Positions 1 to 13,560 of a stretch of 64,000 nt of DNA are shown here, one piece after another. Source of the DNA: Octopus sinensis (Eukaryota); assembly GCF_006345805.1 (NCBI RefSeq), contig NC_043009.1, forward strand, positions 16,492,001 through 16,556,000, in the 5' to 3' direction. The notes beneath the pieces were generated by a model. That model was not told where the DNA came from. It made no database searches and saw only the letters and a program-made list of their open reading frames with translations. Made by a program: the position numbers and the translations under genes. Position 1 is the first letter of the stretch. Every line of letters starts with the position of its first letter.

Positions 1-499
1 TTATTTCTCTGTATTTAAACTGAATATATTTTATATTAGATGAAGCATTTTAAACAGAAGCTGGGCTCTGGTTCAGGAATTTCAAGCTTTTGCGGAGCGT
101 GAAACCACCTCTTAGCCTTTGTTGTTCCCAAATTCATTTTCACCGGGAGAAGTAGCACCTGTCAGGACCCCATATATGGGTTAACTAGTATATATCTCAT
201 GGGCAGGATGGGACTCTTTCATCTTGAACGACAACCCCTCTCCAGGAAACTGAAACTCCAAAATCAGACTAGGATTATAGAAGTCCTTTACCCTTGGGTG
301 AAAATCCCTTTAATGATAGTGTTACAAAAAAAATACTGTTTGGTGGAAAACCTAAAACACATCCCTCAAACTTGAGAGAAAAATACGAAATACAAATGAA
401 ATAAATAACGGCGTGAATGAAACTGGAACCAAGAATGGTGACGCCGTCATGTCCGGCAGGTGTGCCGCTGCGCAGCAGGGTTGGCCGGTCGTCAACCAG

Positions 500-2280
500 C
501 AACAGCTAGCCAACAAGCAAGACTGAGTTAGAGCAAGCGAGGGAATATTGCAGTTATTGAGAGCTGATATTTAAGTAAGCTTGTTGGTGAAGAAGAAAGA
601 TTAATCAATGAATACAGGACAATGGAAGGGAAAAAAGAATATTTGAAACCCCTGAACTGAGAATATGCGATCAATTTAAAGCGATTGGAGAGAATGAGTG
701 GCTAAATGATGTCGAGCTTGAGCTAATTAGAAGAAGGGTTCTTGACATAGAGAGTGAAAGATTTGAAGAAATGGAAAAGAGTAGGATGGAAATGCGACAA
801 AGGAAGGAACTTTAAAGGAACCTGCTTATGATGTGCCATATAAGGAGCTTGATCACGTGATGAATGTACTTGAAGAAGAAAACCTTGCATGGGAACAGAA
901 AACACCGTGCAACGGGATAACAGCCGAACTTAGAAAAGGGGACAATGACTAAATCTGTAACCTAGGGATGGTTGATCAGTGGTACTTAAAGCAGGAGACA
1001 ATGAAAGTGAATGAAGCCCTAAAGTATATCCATACAAGCAACGTTTCAAAGGCTAATAATTGGCTCAGAGTAGGAAGTATTACAGAAGCAGAGAATGAAG
1101 GCGTGGCCACAAAGAAATCGATAAGTAATACCAAACGAAAGCACACAGAGGAGGTGGAAAAGACGAATGCAGTGAGGTATTGAAACATTAGTGAAAGACA
1201 TTTCAGCGCTGGGCAGAAAAATCAACGGCATCTTTAGAAATGAGCAGAAGAATGATAGACTGAAGAGACAACATGACATAGAAAGAAAGAGGCTCTTGAT
1301 TGTATTTGAAGAACTGGAACAACGTGTGATTGCAAAGAAACCAAAAGTACCAAGGTATGAACAACGAATTATACAACCCCAATGTAACAAGTTCTTCAGC
1401 ATAGACCAAAAGAGGTTTTGCAAGAAAATTAATGAGGAATTAGTAGAATAAGCGTTAGTCCCAAATGAACAGGACTGTAAAACTTCTCTAGTAATATCTG
1501 GAGTAAAAGGGGAGAGCACAGCAAAAAGGCTGAATGGTTAAAAGATCTGAGGAGAGCCTCTGTAAATCCGAGACAGACAGAAATTATAATTACAGGGGGA
1601 TATTCGAGAAAGAAGTAACCGTATAACTAGAAGTCGTCAGACCCAGACAGAGTGCAGTGATATTGAATAAAAAAAAATTTAAGTGGTGCCACGCAAAGAT
1701 TGCAGTAGAGTTTGACGTTTTGTTAGGGAACTGGAGAGGAAATACCAGAGTGGCTGATATAGACAGAACAGTTTTATGCATGAAGAACTTGGTGAAAGAA
1801 AATCCTGCCGAGAACTTTCAGATCAATATTTTGTTTACTTTCCATGTGGAAGCTATTGACAGTGGTAATTGCAGATAAGATGTATACACACTTGGATAAG
1901 CAGAAGGGCAGCAAACGAAAAGAGCAGAAGAGTAAATGAAAATGCAGAAGTGCTAAAGAACAGTTGCTAAGTGATACGATCTAATTGCTAAGTACTAATT
2001 GGCTGCAAAAGAAGGGAGACTAATCTGGCAATATTATGAATTGATTACCCTTAGGCATAGGATTTGGTCTCACACTCATTGAATAGAGAACGCCTAAACA
2101 TACTTGAAATTGCAAATAATATAGAAAATTTTCTGGGATAAAGTATAAAAACATGGAAGACCGAGTTTACATGTGATGAACAAAGATTTTTTAATATTTC
2201 AAGGAGCTGATTTTTCTCCATTGTTGCTTGTAGTGTGCAATGATCTTGAAAAGAACTAAAGCAGGGTATGAGTTCAGGGG
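500..2280 (+). mobile_element. Decayed R4/Dong-like (R2 superfamily, REL-endonuclease) non-LTR retrotransposon ORF remnant
   Basis: Broken frames give FEELEQRVIAKKPKVPRYEQRIIQ...FSIDQKRF (1191-1451) and RT-like segments near 2020-2270 (NLAI..IDY.., IANNIENF, SPLLLVV, KRTKAGYEF). These resemble R4/Dong ORFs as I recall them. Many stops and frameshifts. Confidence 0.75.
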
Positions 2281-2700
2281 ACATCTGGATGTCTTGAGAG
2301 AAAATTCGTACGGATTGAATAAGGGGGTCCAATTGACGACTGCTAGCTCCGTAAGGCATCAAACCATCCGTTAACATCAGATGATTGATTGGTTCCATGT
2401 TCTCCCGCCGTTTGTAACCAGCTGCCATCTTTCTCTTGTACCCTTCCGGTTCGTCCGCTGTACAATTTATTTCCAGTTAGAAGTTTACACATCATTAGTA
2501 AACAAGCAATCGGACAATAGTCACTGACCACAGTAGCATTCGATGGATCCCTTTCAATCAACAGTTCTTCCTTTGACCATCTATTCTAGGTGTACGCAGC
2601 CTTGTAGGAGTTTTTGTAGTTTAGCATGTACATTCGTCGAAACTTTGAGCCAGAATCCCTGAACTAGATCCGGGCCAGCAGCCTTCCAATTTCTCATCTA
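2281..2700 (-). mobile_element. Inverted, internally deleted second fragment of an R4/Dong-like RT
   Basis: Minus-strand peptides INHLMLTDGLMPYG...QLDPLIQSVRIFSQDI (degenerate motif C, INHLLFMDDLKLYG-like) and DPSNATVVSDYCPIACLLMMCKLLTG (NYRPITCL-like). Confidence 0.7.
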
Positions 2701-2780
2701 ACCAACTCCGGCTTGAGTACCTTCCAACCTGATGACAATGTACTTCTGTACCCCGATGGCTTTAAATCATCATCATCATC

Positions 2781-2845
<65 letters not shown>

Positions 2846-2848
2846 CAC

Positions 2849-3248
2849 TAAGGCGGCGAGCTGGCAGAAACGTTAGCACGCCGGGTGAAATGCGTAGTCG
2901 TATTTCGTCTGCCGTTACGTTCTGAGTTCAAATTCCGCCGAGGTCGACTTTGCTTTTCATCCTTTCGGGGTCGATTAAATAAGTACCAGTTACGCACTGG
3001 GGTCGATGTAATCGACTTAATCTGTTTGTCTGTCCTTGTTTGTTCCCTCTGTGTTTAACCCCTTGTGGGTAGTGAAGAAATAGGTATTTCGTCTGTCTTT
3101 ACGTTCTGAGTTCAAGTTCCGCCGAGGACGACTTTGCCTTTCACCCTTTCGAGGTTGATAAATTAAGTACCAGTTGAGTACTGGGGTCTATGTGATCGAT
3201 TGTCCCCCTCTCCAGAAAATCCAGGCCTTTGCCTATAGTAGAAAGGAC
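2849..3248 (+). mobile_element. tRNA-derived SINE, family A, with a partial second unit
   Basis: Head ggcggcgagctggcagaaacgttagcacgccggg...gagttcaaattccgccgaggtcgac (A/B-box-like). The internal segment is repeated from about 3082. Flanked by (ATT)n. Confidence 0.85.
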
Positions 3249-3281
<33 letters not shown>

Positions 3282-3467
3282 GACTGCTGGTGTTTATAAT
3301 GTTTATGACGTTGATAATTATGGTCGTCATGAGGATACTGATGGTGAAAGAATTTGCTTTATTAACATAAATTTATGCCAGTTGGATATATTGTCATATC
3401 CAAATAACAAATTTTGTAATACCCAGCTTAGTCTTAGATTGGGATTCGAATTGCGAAGCGCAAAATA

Positions 3468-3980
3468 TCTATATATATAAAACTGTAGTTGTGTGAGTGT
3501 CTGTCCCCTTCGATTTAGATTCCTAACTACTCCCACATTTTGCGGTGCAGTTTAACCAAATTCGGGTATCTTATAGTCGGGATGCATATCGAGCCCGTCT
3601 GAGTATTAGCGCGCGTCTACGATGAGTCTACGATTTTAAAAATAATTTAACATAATTTTTTATTCCATTTTAATGCATAATTTTTCGTGTGTCGATGGCG
3701 GCGGAGTTGGCGTCCATGGTCACACCTGCACCTGTTTGCTTCTCCCCCTTCTTCCCTCCCTCGTGAAGCTGTGGGGAAGGGAGTGTAAGGAAATCAACGT
3801 CGTAAAGCGTTGTCAAGGAGACCAGCGTTCTTTTAGAATAACGACTTCATGGCTTGAAGACACCAAAACAGAAATGGCTAAGAAAGCCCAAATTAGCATC
3901 TATAAGGGAAGTAACTCTCTAAAAATGCTTATATAGTTATTTCCCTTACAAACCCGAGCAACGCCGGGCGATACTGCTAG
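3468..3980 (+). mobile_element. Non-autonomous Helitron
   Basis: Starts A|TCTATATATATAAAA and ends with hairpin cccg-agcaacgc-cggg then CTAG|T. Inserted between A and T with no TSD. The same 3' end occurs at 10038-10065. Confidence 0.75.
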
Positions 3981-4194
3981 TGTAATATAATTTACCGTTT
4001 ACTGGCAATCAGCATTGAAATTATTAGGTAAGAGTTAGTTCCCTTGTTCACAGATTACTTCCCTTGCATGCCTGGTTACCATTACATACAGCTACATGAC
4101 TTTATTCTGGTTTCTTTTTCGGGTTTTCGTTTTCCTTTCATTTTACTTTCATTCCGTTTAGAAAGTAACGTTGACTACAGGTTGAATGAATATT

Positions 4195-4640
4195 ACAGTT
4201 ATTATTATTATTATTTTTTTTATTATGACCGGATTCCAGCCCAGTCCGCAGCCACAAAGTCCACCGCCACATTTTTCGCTGCCTCGAGGTCCTGGATACA
4301 CTTCAGGCCATTGTCTGCAATCAGGTTGTCGATGAATGTCAACGTTTTCCTCTTCTTGCATCACTTTGGAGTGAGTTCCACAAGACTAATTCGGATGCTG
4401 GCAGTTAAGGGTGGCGCACGCAGTGACCAGATAGTCGCAGCCGTCTTTGCCTGATCTTCTCTCTAACTTTTGGCAGATCTCCGTAAAGGCCTTCGTTTGT
4501 CCTATGCTGCTGCCATTTGTGGCATCCTTGTGAAGCAGCCATCGAGCCCGTTTGATCATTTAAGGGAGTCTTTATTCTATGTTTCGTTAAAGATTTCCGA
4601 TGTAGAACAACAGTTTCGAGTTTCAAAAGAGTTGATTTTT
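4195..4640 (-). mobile_element. 5'-truncated RTE-clade LINE 3' end
   Basis: Peptide WQQHRTNEGLYGDLPKVREKIRQRRLRLSGHCVRHP is typical of an RTE ORF C-terminus. (AAT)n tail at about 4195-4224. Confidence 0.8.
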
Positions 4641-4832
4641 CTCGGAAATATAAAGAAATGTATTAAATCAGCCGCGATGCAAAGGATTCAGCAAGTGTAA
4701 TCGCTGTACGCAACATACGAACGTAGTAAGGTTACGGAAACAAGATGAAATTCAATGTTACGACGGTGCTCGTGTATGACAGGGGGGGGGGTGTTCTTGG
4801 TAATCATATTTATTGTTTCCATTTCAATAATT

Positions 4833-4990
4833 AGACGCAGGCGTGACAGTATGGTAAGAAGCTTGCTTCCCAATCACATAGTTCCGGGTTCAGTCCCACT
4901 GAGTGACACCTTGGGACGACCAAAGCCTTGTCACAGGGTTTGGTAGATAGAAACTGAAAGAAACCTGTTGTGTATATATGTGAATGCATG
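4833..4990 (+). mobile_element. SINE family B, 5' part
   Basis: Matches the head of the full copy at 29391 (ggtaagaagcttgcttccc...ggttcagtcccactg...gaaactgaaagaa). Confidence 0.7.
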
Positions 4991-6346
4991 TGTGCATGTA
5001 TGTGCGCGTGTGCGTGTGAGGGGATGAAGTTGATAAAATGGAGAAGCATTATTTTGAATCGGTATTTGCTGAAGTATATAGAAGTGGAGTTAGATGCAAA
5101 TCACGCAGCAAATGTGGAGGTTACAGTCTGAGAGGCGGAAGATTTTGTGGACCATGCAATACACAGAATAATTCTTTGCGTTTGAGAGTAACGATTTCAC
5201 GGGACTTACGACAATGGATAAAAGTGGTTCAATTTATAGAAGTAGTTGAATTTTTCTGGACGTCCCAAGCCCCGTCTTCCTGAACCGATGTAACACATAA
5301 GTAAACTTATGGAATTTAGTATTATAAGATTTGTTTGTGTTTGGGATAAGGTGGGACAAGAGGAGGGTTTCTGTCAGCCGGTGAGCTGGTGTGAAAGACA
5401 AGTAGTGTCAGAAATAAGAGGAACGCTGAACAGCAAGTGAATGGCAAGTGCCAAGGGTCTGAGAAGTGAAAGGATTCATAATATATGAATGCGTTGTCGA
5501 AATAAAGTATTAGTTAGGTGACCCGATTGGTACAGAACTGTTTGGTAGCAGTTGGGATTTAAGGTGTGAAGGAGATTAATGGTGTTTCATACGTCTGTGT
5601 ATCTATCAAGAGTTGATTTGTTCTTAGTGGGAGACAAAGGAACTATGGCTCAAGAACAATCACTAACCACTAATTCGATCCATAAAAGTAACCCAACTAG
5701 TTATCAAAGCAGCCATCCAAAACTTTTCAGCGAATATTGTTCTACTATCTATTATTACAGCCGATAAAGGAGCTTCTATGCAAGTCTCATGACACGTTTT
5801 TAAACAGTTACACCTTTCGTACTATTTCAGGCGTTTCGGTTTAAATTTTAGGACAAACCAGTCTATAACAGACAAAATATCTATGGAATTCATTTGTAGG
5901 ATATAGGTTTAGTTTATAAACCGGACCCCCATAATTATACACTGATCTTTCCACTCTTCATTGTTCTATAACCCTAACCCTAACCTTAACCATAAACATA
6001 ATCTTCACTAAAACTTCATGCAAAGCACTTTGCTCTGGTCTTTCTCCTCAAAAGTACAAACCTTTGAAATTCTCACTTTGCTCATGTTTTCCCTACAAAT
6101 ATAAATTCCCTGTAAATCCTTATAAATTTATACTGAACAAGCAATCGCATTAACCTGCTCCTCTAACTTGATCTAAATACCGTTTACAAAAAAATTAATT
6201 AAATAATAACAAGAAGAATGACAACAGTGTCAGTTTTGAACAAGAGAATCATTGAATTTCATTTTCTTAAATATCCTTTAAATAACGAAAGTTCTTCTTA
6301 CAGGAATAAAAAGGTAAATGGCATATGAAGCAGAAACGTTTCTCCC

Positions 6347-6901
6347 TTATTTTTTATTTTTACCTCTATGTTTAAGCATTTCCCCCAACAATTTATGCGG
6401 ATGTAAGTAGTCTCTTCTGCTATCATACTGTCTCTCGTAACATTTTCTGAAATATTCCACATAAAAACTTGATGGGTTCCGTGGTTTAGCTTCTAACTTA
6501 TCATCGCCCACTTTTATTTCAAACGATGGTTGCAAGCCATGCTTACCTGAAGCAGAACTTACTTTGTAAGTCATTGCTGGTAAGAGAAGTGTCTGCGGTT
6601 TTAAGACTTTGTTTGTGGGAGTATCATATACTTGAATGTCTTCGGTTTTCATGAAACATGGTACTTTTGATTGTTTGTTAGACGAACTTGAACGATAATC
6701 TTTCTCGAACTTCTTGACCGCCTCACCTGAACGAGGCTTTTTAACCTCTATCAATTGCAACTTATTTTCACTTAAACGAAAGTTATTCCAAGCGAATTTT
6801 CTGTTATTTTTGTAATAACTTAAATTCGTTGGAATATCTTTAGGTTGCCCAACATTCGGGCGCAAACCAGCAAGATACGTGTCTTGGCTCAGGGAGTGCA
6901 T
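6347..6901 (-). CDS. Orphan 184-aa basic ORF, product unknown
   Basis: ATG-to-stop 555-bp non-repetitive ORF in AT-rich DNA. No family recognised. Confidence 0.4.
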   Translation of the reverse strand: MHSLSQDTYLAGLRPNVGQPKDIPTNLSYYKNNRKFAWNNFRLSENKLQLIEVKKPRSGEAVKKFEKDYRSSSSNKQSKVPCFMKTEDIQVYDTPTNKVLKPQTLLLPAMTYKVSSASGKHGLQPSFEIKVGDDKLEAKPRNPSSFYVEYFRKCYERQYDSRRDYLHPHKLLGEMLKHRGKNKK

Positions 6902-7790
6902 TCAAATGCGACATTCAGATCGGTAATGCCGTGTTGCTGCTTTATTCCGGCATTCTATCACGTGACATAGAGCTATTATGACGTGTCAACTAACTTTCCA
7001 TCAGATCAAAAGTTTTACATATTGTGTAGCACTAAAGATGGCAGGAAAAGTAATGTCTAAATTTATTACAATATTTCATTTTGTCCTGCTTGCTTCTAAA
7101 TTCACTTCTTGTCAGAATTCGATGTATCTTCATATTTCCCCTTGTAAGTTGACACAATATTTTATGGCTGTCTCGTTGAATTTCGTATATTTATAACAAA
7201 GTTTATACTTTTTTATGAAATTATAGAAAGGAGAGATTGGGTTCCTCGCCAGGATGTTCTCTATGAGGCTGGAAGAATCAATGCGGTTTATGTTCAACTT
7301 AAATGTATGTTACGCAACGTCTTAGGAAGAATCGGGGAAAAAGCAGATAGAGTAAGGACCAGGATGGTTAGACACTGTAGTAGTAATAACAGAAGGAGTA
7401 ATAACGTGTCGGGGAGTTAGTATGTAGGGAGCTTGTTCTGTGTAGTGAAAGCCGTTGTACTAGACATAAAATTGGAAATATAACGAGCGTTGTGCAATGA
7501 GGATTGCCAAGGAACATATTGCTAGATACTAGTTAAAGGAGAATTTTCTCTGAAAAAAATATATGTATATTTTGCCCGATCGAATATATCACATCATACA
7601 ACTTTAACCAGTAAAACCTGTATCCAGTAAAGCCAGTAGTTTGGGACAATATTCCTTAGCTCCAAATATTTTTCATTTTATGTTTAAGTTTATAGTTTCA
7701 GCATACATCACATCAAAACTTTGAAGGATCTGATCTCAATATGGATGCGCCCTTAACATACTTCTCAGCTACTCTATACTCCGAGCTGGC

Positions 7791-8007
7791 AGAACCGTTA
7801 GCATGCCGGGCGAAATGTGTAACCGTATTTCGTCTGCCGCTACGTTCTGAGTTCAAATTCCGCTGAGGTCGACTATGCCTTTCATCCTTTCGGAGTCGAT
7901 AAATTAAGTACCAGTTACGCACTGAGGTCGATATAATCGACTTGATCCGTTTGTCTGTCCTTGTTTGTCCCCTCTATGTTTAGTCCCTTGTGGGTAATAA
8001 AGAAACA
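7791..8007 (+). mobile_element. SINE family A
   Basis: Same sequence family as 2849 and 12097. Followed by a (CT)n/(TATC)n tract at about 8060-8224. Confidence 0.85.
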
Positions 8008-8134
8008 TATACTCAGCCATCCACCCAACTTCTCACCCACAACGTACACATACATCTCTCTCCTCTCTCTCTCTCTCTCTTTCTCTCTCTCCTCACTCTC
8101 TCTCTCTCTCTCTCTCTCTCCCCCTCTCTCTCCC

Positions 8135-8225
<91 letters not shown>

Positions 8226-9707
8226 CGCCCGCGCTCAATCATCCGAGAAGCAAATAACCGTAAAAGCACGAAAAACATTTAGAGTTCATTTTATAAAAAA
8301 GGTTTAAATTTTTAACATATTTTAAAATTTCAACCAAAAGAGAATGGAAAAGGTAAAAGAAAAAGGAGCACGAGAAGTGAGTCAAAGAGAGTTGTTTTAC
8401 TGATTTCGGTCACTGGGCTGTAGCCATGCTGTGATGGCGGAGATAATGTCGGTGATTGCCAATGGCAAAGTTAATGATGATAACATTATATAGCATCCCT
8501 TATTATAAAAGGCAGATTTTATCTGCCTCACTTTGTCTCTTATAGAAATCTACAATATAGGATTTCTTCAATTACAATTTACCTAGCATTTTTAAGAGTA
8601 GAATAAATCGGGTCGTGCCAGGTCCAGTTTTTCAAATTTCAACCCCAATTAAGCAAAATTTCGAGAAAACTCACATTGTGGTGTGTAAGTCAAGTGCTTT
8701 TCTTAGTGTGGCTACAGCACACGCACACACACACACAAAAACGGAGCGATCTGCTTCACTCACGCTATCACCCTAATTTCTCCTCCTTTCTCTTTGCAAG
8801 TATGCAACGATTAAAGTGAAAGTATTTCTATAAAACGAGAGAAGTGTACCTTAAACCACTACTCAAAAAAAAAACAGCAAACAGAAACAAATAAATACAT
8901 AACGATTTACTCCTCACACAATTTCTTCAATTACAGTTTACCTATGATTTTTACAAGTACTTCCATTCGGTCATGCCATACAAAATTTCTTTCAATTTCA
9001 CCCCCAATTAAGACAAAATTCGAGAAAACTCAATATTTTAACATTTCACTCCGAAAGCATTGATGTACATGTGTGCGTGCGTGAGTGTGTGTGTGTGTGT
9101 TTGATGGGATGTGCGACACAGAAAGTGTGGTGTGTAAGTGAAGTGCTTTTGTTAGTGTGTGTAAAGAGACAGAGAGAGTAATGTTGTGCTGTGTACCTAA
9201 AGCACGCACACACACACACACAAGCGGAGCGCGAACTTCAAAAGAACTTCGCGCGCTATTTATCTGGTTTGCCATTCCTCACACACACGCATACACATAC
9301 ATATATGACAGTGACAAACACAAACGTTTCAAACAACTACATACAAACACTCAAACACACACACACGTGTGTGTTTGTTATTAGTAAAAAAGGCGCCAAA
9401 CACAACTCACTTCTCATTCGAACACATTTGCAAAAACACACCGACGGTCGAATTGCCATAACAATACAGAAAAGGTAAATTGGTTTTTAATTTACTTTCT
9501 GTCGTTAAATTTTGGTAGTATTAATTGGCGAGCGTACTTCTGTTGTCAATTGTTGACAGAAAGAAATTGTAAGCTAATAAGGTGTGTGTGTGTGTGTGTA
9601 GGAAGTGAAGGATAAAAATATTGCAAGAAGTGGACAGATGTACATATATACATCCATACATACATGTGTGTGTGTGTCTATGTATGTGTATTAATGTGTG
9701 TGTGTTA

Positions 9708-10065
9708 TCTCTATATAAAGCTGAAGTTGTCTGTGTGCGTCACGTTTGGTAACCTTCAACTAACACTATCTCCTCCGAGACCCTGCGGCGCAAGTTGACC
9801 AAAATTGAAAGTATGATAGAAGAAGGGTTGCTCTTCCTTCCGTAGAACATAAAATTCAAATCGGACCATGTTAACACCAAAGATTATTTACATCAAAAAG
9901 CTGCTTTTTTCTATGAAAATCCCTATTTTTTACGATTTTTTCACTGCTGTGTCGCCACTTTTCGGTGTATTTCGACCAGAAAAATGTTCACAAAATTTTT
10001 ACTTTTCAAAATTACAATTCCAGCGGGTCGAAACAAACCCGAGCAACGCCGGGCGATACTGCTAG
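9708..10065 (+). mobile_element. Non-autonomous Helitron
   Basis: A|TCTCTATATAAA start. The 3' end acaaacccgagcaacgccgggcgatactgCTAG|T is identical to that of 3468-3980. Confidence 0.7.
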
Positions 10066-10157
10066 TATATTATAAAAGCTATGATAGTGAAAACCATGAG
10101 AGCGTAAGACAGACATAAAGAAAGATATACGAGTAGAAAATGAGAATAGTGAGAAAT

Positions 10158-10324
10158 ACATACACATACATACATACATACATACATACATACATACATA
10201 CATACATACATACATACATACATACACACACACACATACATACATACATACATACATACATACATACATACATACATACATACATACATGCATACATGCA
10301 TACATACATACATACATACATACA

Positions 10325-10358
<34 letters not shown>

Positions 10359-11042
10359 CACGCATACATACATACATACATACATACATACATACATACG
10401 TACATACATACATACACATTCACATACATACATACATACATACATACATCCATGCATGCATACATACATACATACATACATACATACATACATACATACA
10501 TACATACATACATACATACATACATACACACATACATACATACATGCATGCATACATACATACATACATGCATACATGCATACATACATGCATACATACA
10601 TACATACACACATACATACATACACGCATACATGCATGCATACATACATACATACATACATACATACATACATACACATTCACATACATACATACATACA
10701 TACATACATACATACATACATACATGCATGCATGCATACATACGTACATACATACGTACATACATACGTACATACATACATACATACATACATACATACA
10801 CATACACTCGCATACATACATACATACATACATACACATACACTCGCATACATACATACATACATACATACATACATACATACATACATACATACATACA
10901 CATACACACATACATACATACATACATACATACCTATATACATACCTACATACATACATACACGCATACATACATACATACATACATACATACATACATA
11001 CATACATACATACATACATACATACATACATACATACATACA
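10158..11042. repeat. (ATAC)n microsatellite, about 885 bp, imperfect
   Basis: Direct reading. Explains all the YIHT/MYVC ORFs here. Confidence 0.98.
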
Positions 11043-12096
11043 TTGTCTGTTTGGAACTCCGTCGATTATGGCGACGAGGTTCCAGTTGATGCGATCAACG
11101 GAACAGCCTTACGACTAAGCCACGCACCTTCACTGTGTGGGGGTACAGAGTGGTGCAGAATGGGGTAGTTGTGAAAATAGTAGTAGTTGTGAAAATGAAA
11201 TAAAAAATATTGAATCCATCCAAGGAATGTAGTAATGTTCTGTATCAGCGAATAGTAAAAGAAAAAGTTGAGGTATTGGAAGTATTTTGTTCGTTGTGGG
11301 AAGGAAGTGAAATTTAATGTTTAGGGAAGAACTCTTTATTAGAAAAGCGGAAATGTCTGCTCATATTTGTAGGATAAGTAAATTTAGAATAGAAAGAATG
11401 AGAAAAGATATGAGGGATTCACGTTTTGGCAAAATGTAACTGTCAATGACTGATTCTATCACCTTTGAGATATTGAAAGTAAGAGAACTGAGTTATAACT
11501 GGCGACATCTGGGTAGTTTCCATTTTGGAAAAATTCGGATGGATGCTTTTAGAAAGACCAATTGAAAGATCTGGCGAATAAAAAGAAATAGAAGAGAAAT
11601 AGTAATTTTATTAGTTTAAAGCAACGCAGGGGTGAATTCGCAATTGGAGCATATGCGTACGCATTGATGTGTCTGGTTGAGTTTTATCCACAATGCGCAA
11701 TGTTGAGTTAGAAGTGAAGCAGGGTTACTTCCAGAGAGTACTGCTTTCAGAACCATTGTTTTTAGAAGTGGCGGAAAGGATGCGTTAGAAAATTGACAGA
11801 GATTCGCTGGAGAAGGGAGGGAAAGAATTGACTACAGCTTAATTGCTGAAGCTGGGTAGCTTGAATACAGAGAGGCATCGTCTGCATTTCGGATTTTGGT
11901 CTGGCAATAGTTGCAGTCGCAGTTCCAGTTGTTGGTAAATACACTTTATAGTGAGTGATTTATTTTTCAAACACTGTTGGCTGTGTTTTTACAAGCTGTC
12001 TCAGCTAGGTGGAGGGTGAAGCGCATGCGCTGCCAGAGATAGTTATCTTAGAACTGACAGAGTTCCAGCCTGTTCGTGTAACTGTTTATTCGTCAA

Positions 12097-12330
12097 TAAG
12101 GCGGCGAGCTGGCAGAATCGTTAGCACGCCGGGCGAAATGCGCAGCCGTATTTCGTCTGTCGTTACGTTGTGAGTTCAAATTCCGCCGAGGTCGACTTTG
12201 CCTTTCATCCTTTCGGGGTCGATAAATTAAGTACCAGTTACGCACTGGGGTCGATGTAATCGACTTAATACCTATGTCTGTCCGTGTTAGTCCCTTCTAT
12301 GTTTATCCCCTTGTGGGTAATAAAGAAATA
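12097..12330 (+). mobile_element. Full-length SINE family A with 14-bp target-site duplication
   Basis: TSD tgtttattcgtcaa at 12083-12096 and 12331-12344. Confidence 0.92.
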
Positions 12331-12974
12331 TGTTTATTCGTCAAAGGTGTATGTAGAGAACTAAAATTAAAGTTACAAAAGACGATTCGGCACAAGAAAC
12401 GTCCGTGTGGAATGAATGTGAGAGCCAGTGAGAGCTGTGAACAGTGAAGTCACAAAGAACGATAAGTTTGAAGGCAGATAAAGAAAGAATAGATATAGTC
12501 GATGAGTGATTGGTTATTGAAGAGGTTTGGAGAACGATAGAAGATATATTTTCTTGGAATGCGTATCAAGGATTCTAATTCGGGTTTTGAAATGCAAATT
12601 CAGAAAAAGAATATCGACATAAATTTTGTTTTATAGTTAGTGTCATGAACAATTGATTTTATAAATCGAATAATCTCCTCGAAATATTTTTTATGCAAAA
12701 GAGAATAAATGTATTACAAACTTTTGTTTTATTCTGTAGAGTTAATCACATTTATGAAATGTTCAATAACATTTTGTATAAGGCAAGGAAAGATAGGTCT
12801 CCGGAATAATTGTTATACACGGTGTCTTACAATGTTAGGGTGTATTTCATTTGCTATTAACAAGATTCTGGGGACTCACCTGTCTTTAACTATTCTGTAT
12901 TTCAAATGTCGGTCTTTGGAGTTAGTTTTGTTTTTCTTTTCCAAGTCATTAGTGTTTGGACTTTTTAATCCTTA

Positions 12975-13560
12975 ATGATGTCGTCGTGGACACCATTAGA
13001 ACTTGCATTCGTTGTGAAAGCACACTTCACCAGTGGAGATTCCATTGCTACACGACAAAGGTGAGTTCAACATTTTCAGAAGCGGCAGGCACCGTCCCGT
13101 GAGGTGATCCTATCTGCTCCTACAGCGCCAACGCCAACAAGAAACAATTCACCTCGGACGTCCGGCACTACAATGAATACTGAACGCGTGGCATATTCCA
13201 TTGAACAAAGTCCTCGTAGATCTATCCGTCAATTGATCCAACAGGTGAACGTTACTTGTAAGAAAAAAAAAGACTTGATACTATATCCTTATACGGTAGA
13301 AATGGTGCAACAGTTGCTCCCAGCAGATGGCCTCACAGAGTAACATTTAGTGAAGGGTTTATCAACAAGTGCAGAGGAAAATGATTTTGTGCAGCCCCTG
13401 CTCACATTTTCTGCAGCTCATTTTCACTTCTTCAGTTATGTAAATAACTCTAGATTTTAGATTAAAGGAAATGCACAGGTCTTACATGGAAAGCACGCGC
13501 TCAGTGCCTTGGTCACAGTGTGATGTGCCATGATTCATGCTTGTTTGACTGATCCTATTT
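12975..13560 (+). mobile_element. Decayed Tc1/mariner-superfamily (DUF4817-type) transposase remnant
   Basis: MSSWTPLELAFVVKAHFTSGDSIATRQR and NTERVAYSIEQSPRRSIRQL...KDLILYPYTVEMVQQL resemble the HTH region of these transposases. Frameshifted. Confidence 0.7.

Noticed and set aside
2849-2950. tRNA genes in SINE heads
   Set aside because: A/B-box-like sequences are present, but there is no complete cloverleaf and they continue into SINE bodies.
10012-11168. Long ORFs of 120-340 aa (YIHT/MYVC repeats), likewise 37723-38697 and other poly-residue ORFs
   Set aside because: They are translations of microsatellites that lack stop codons in several frames.
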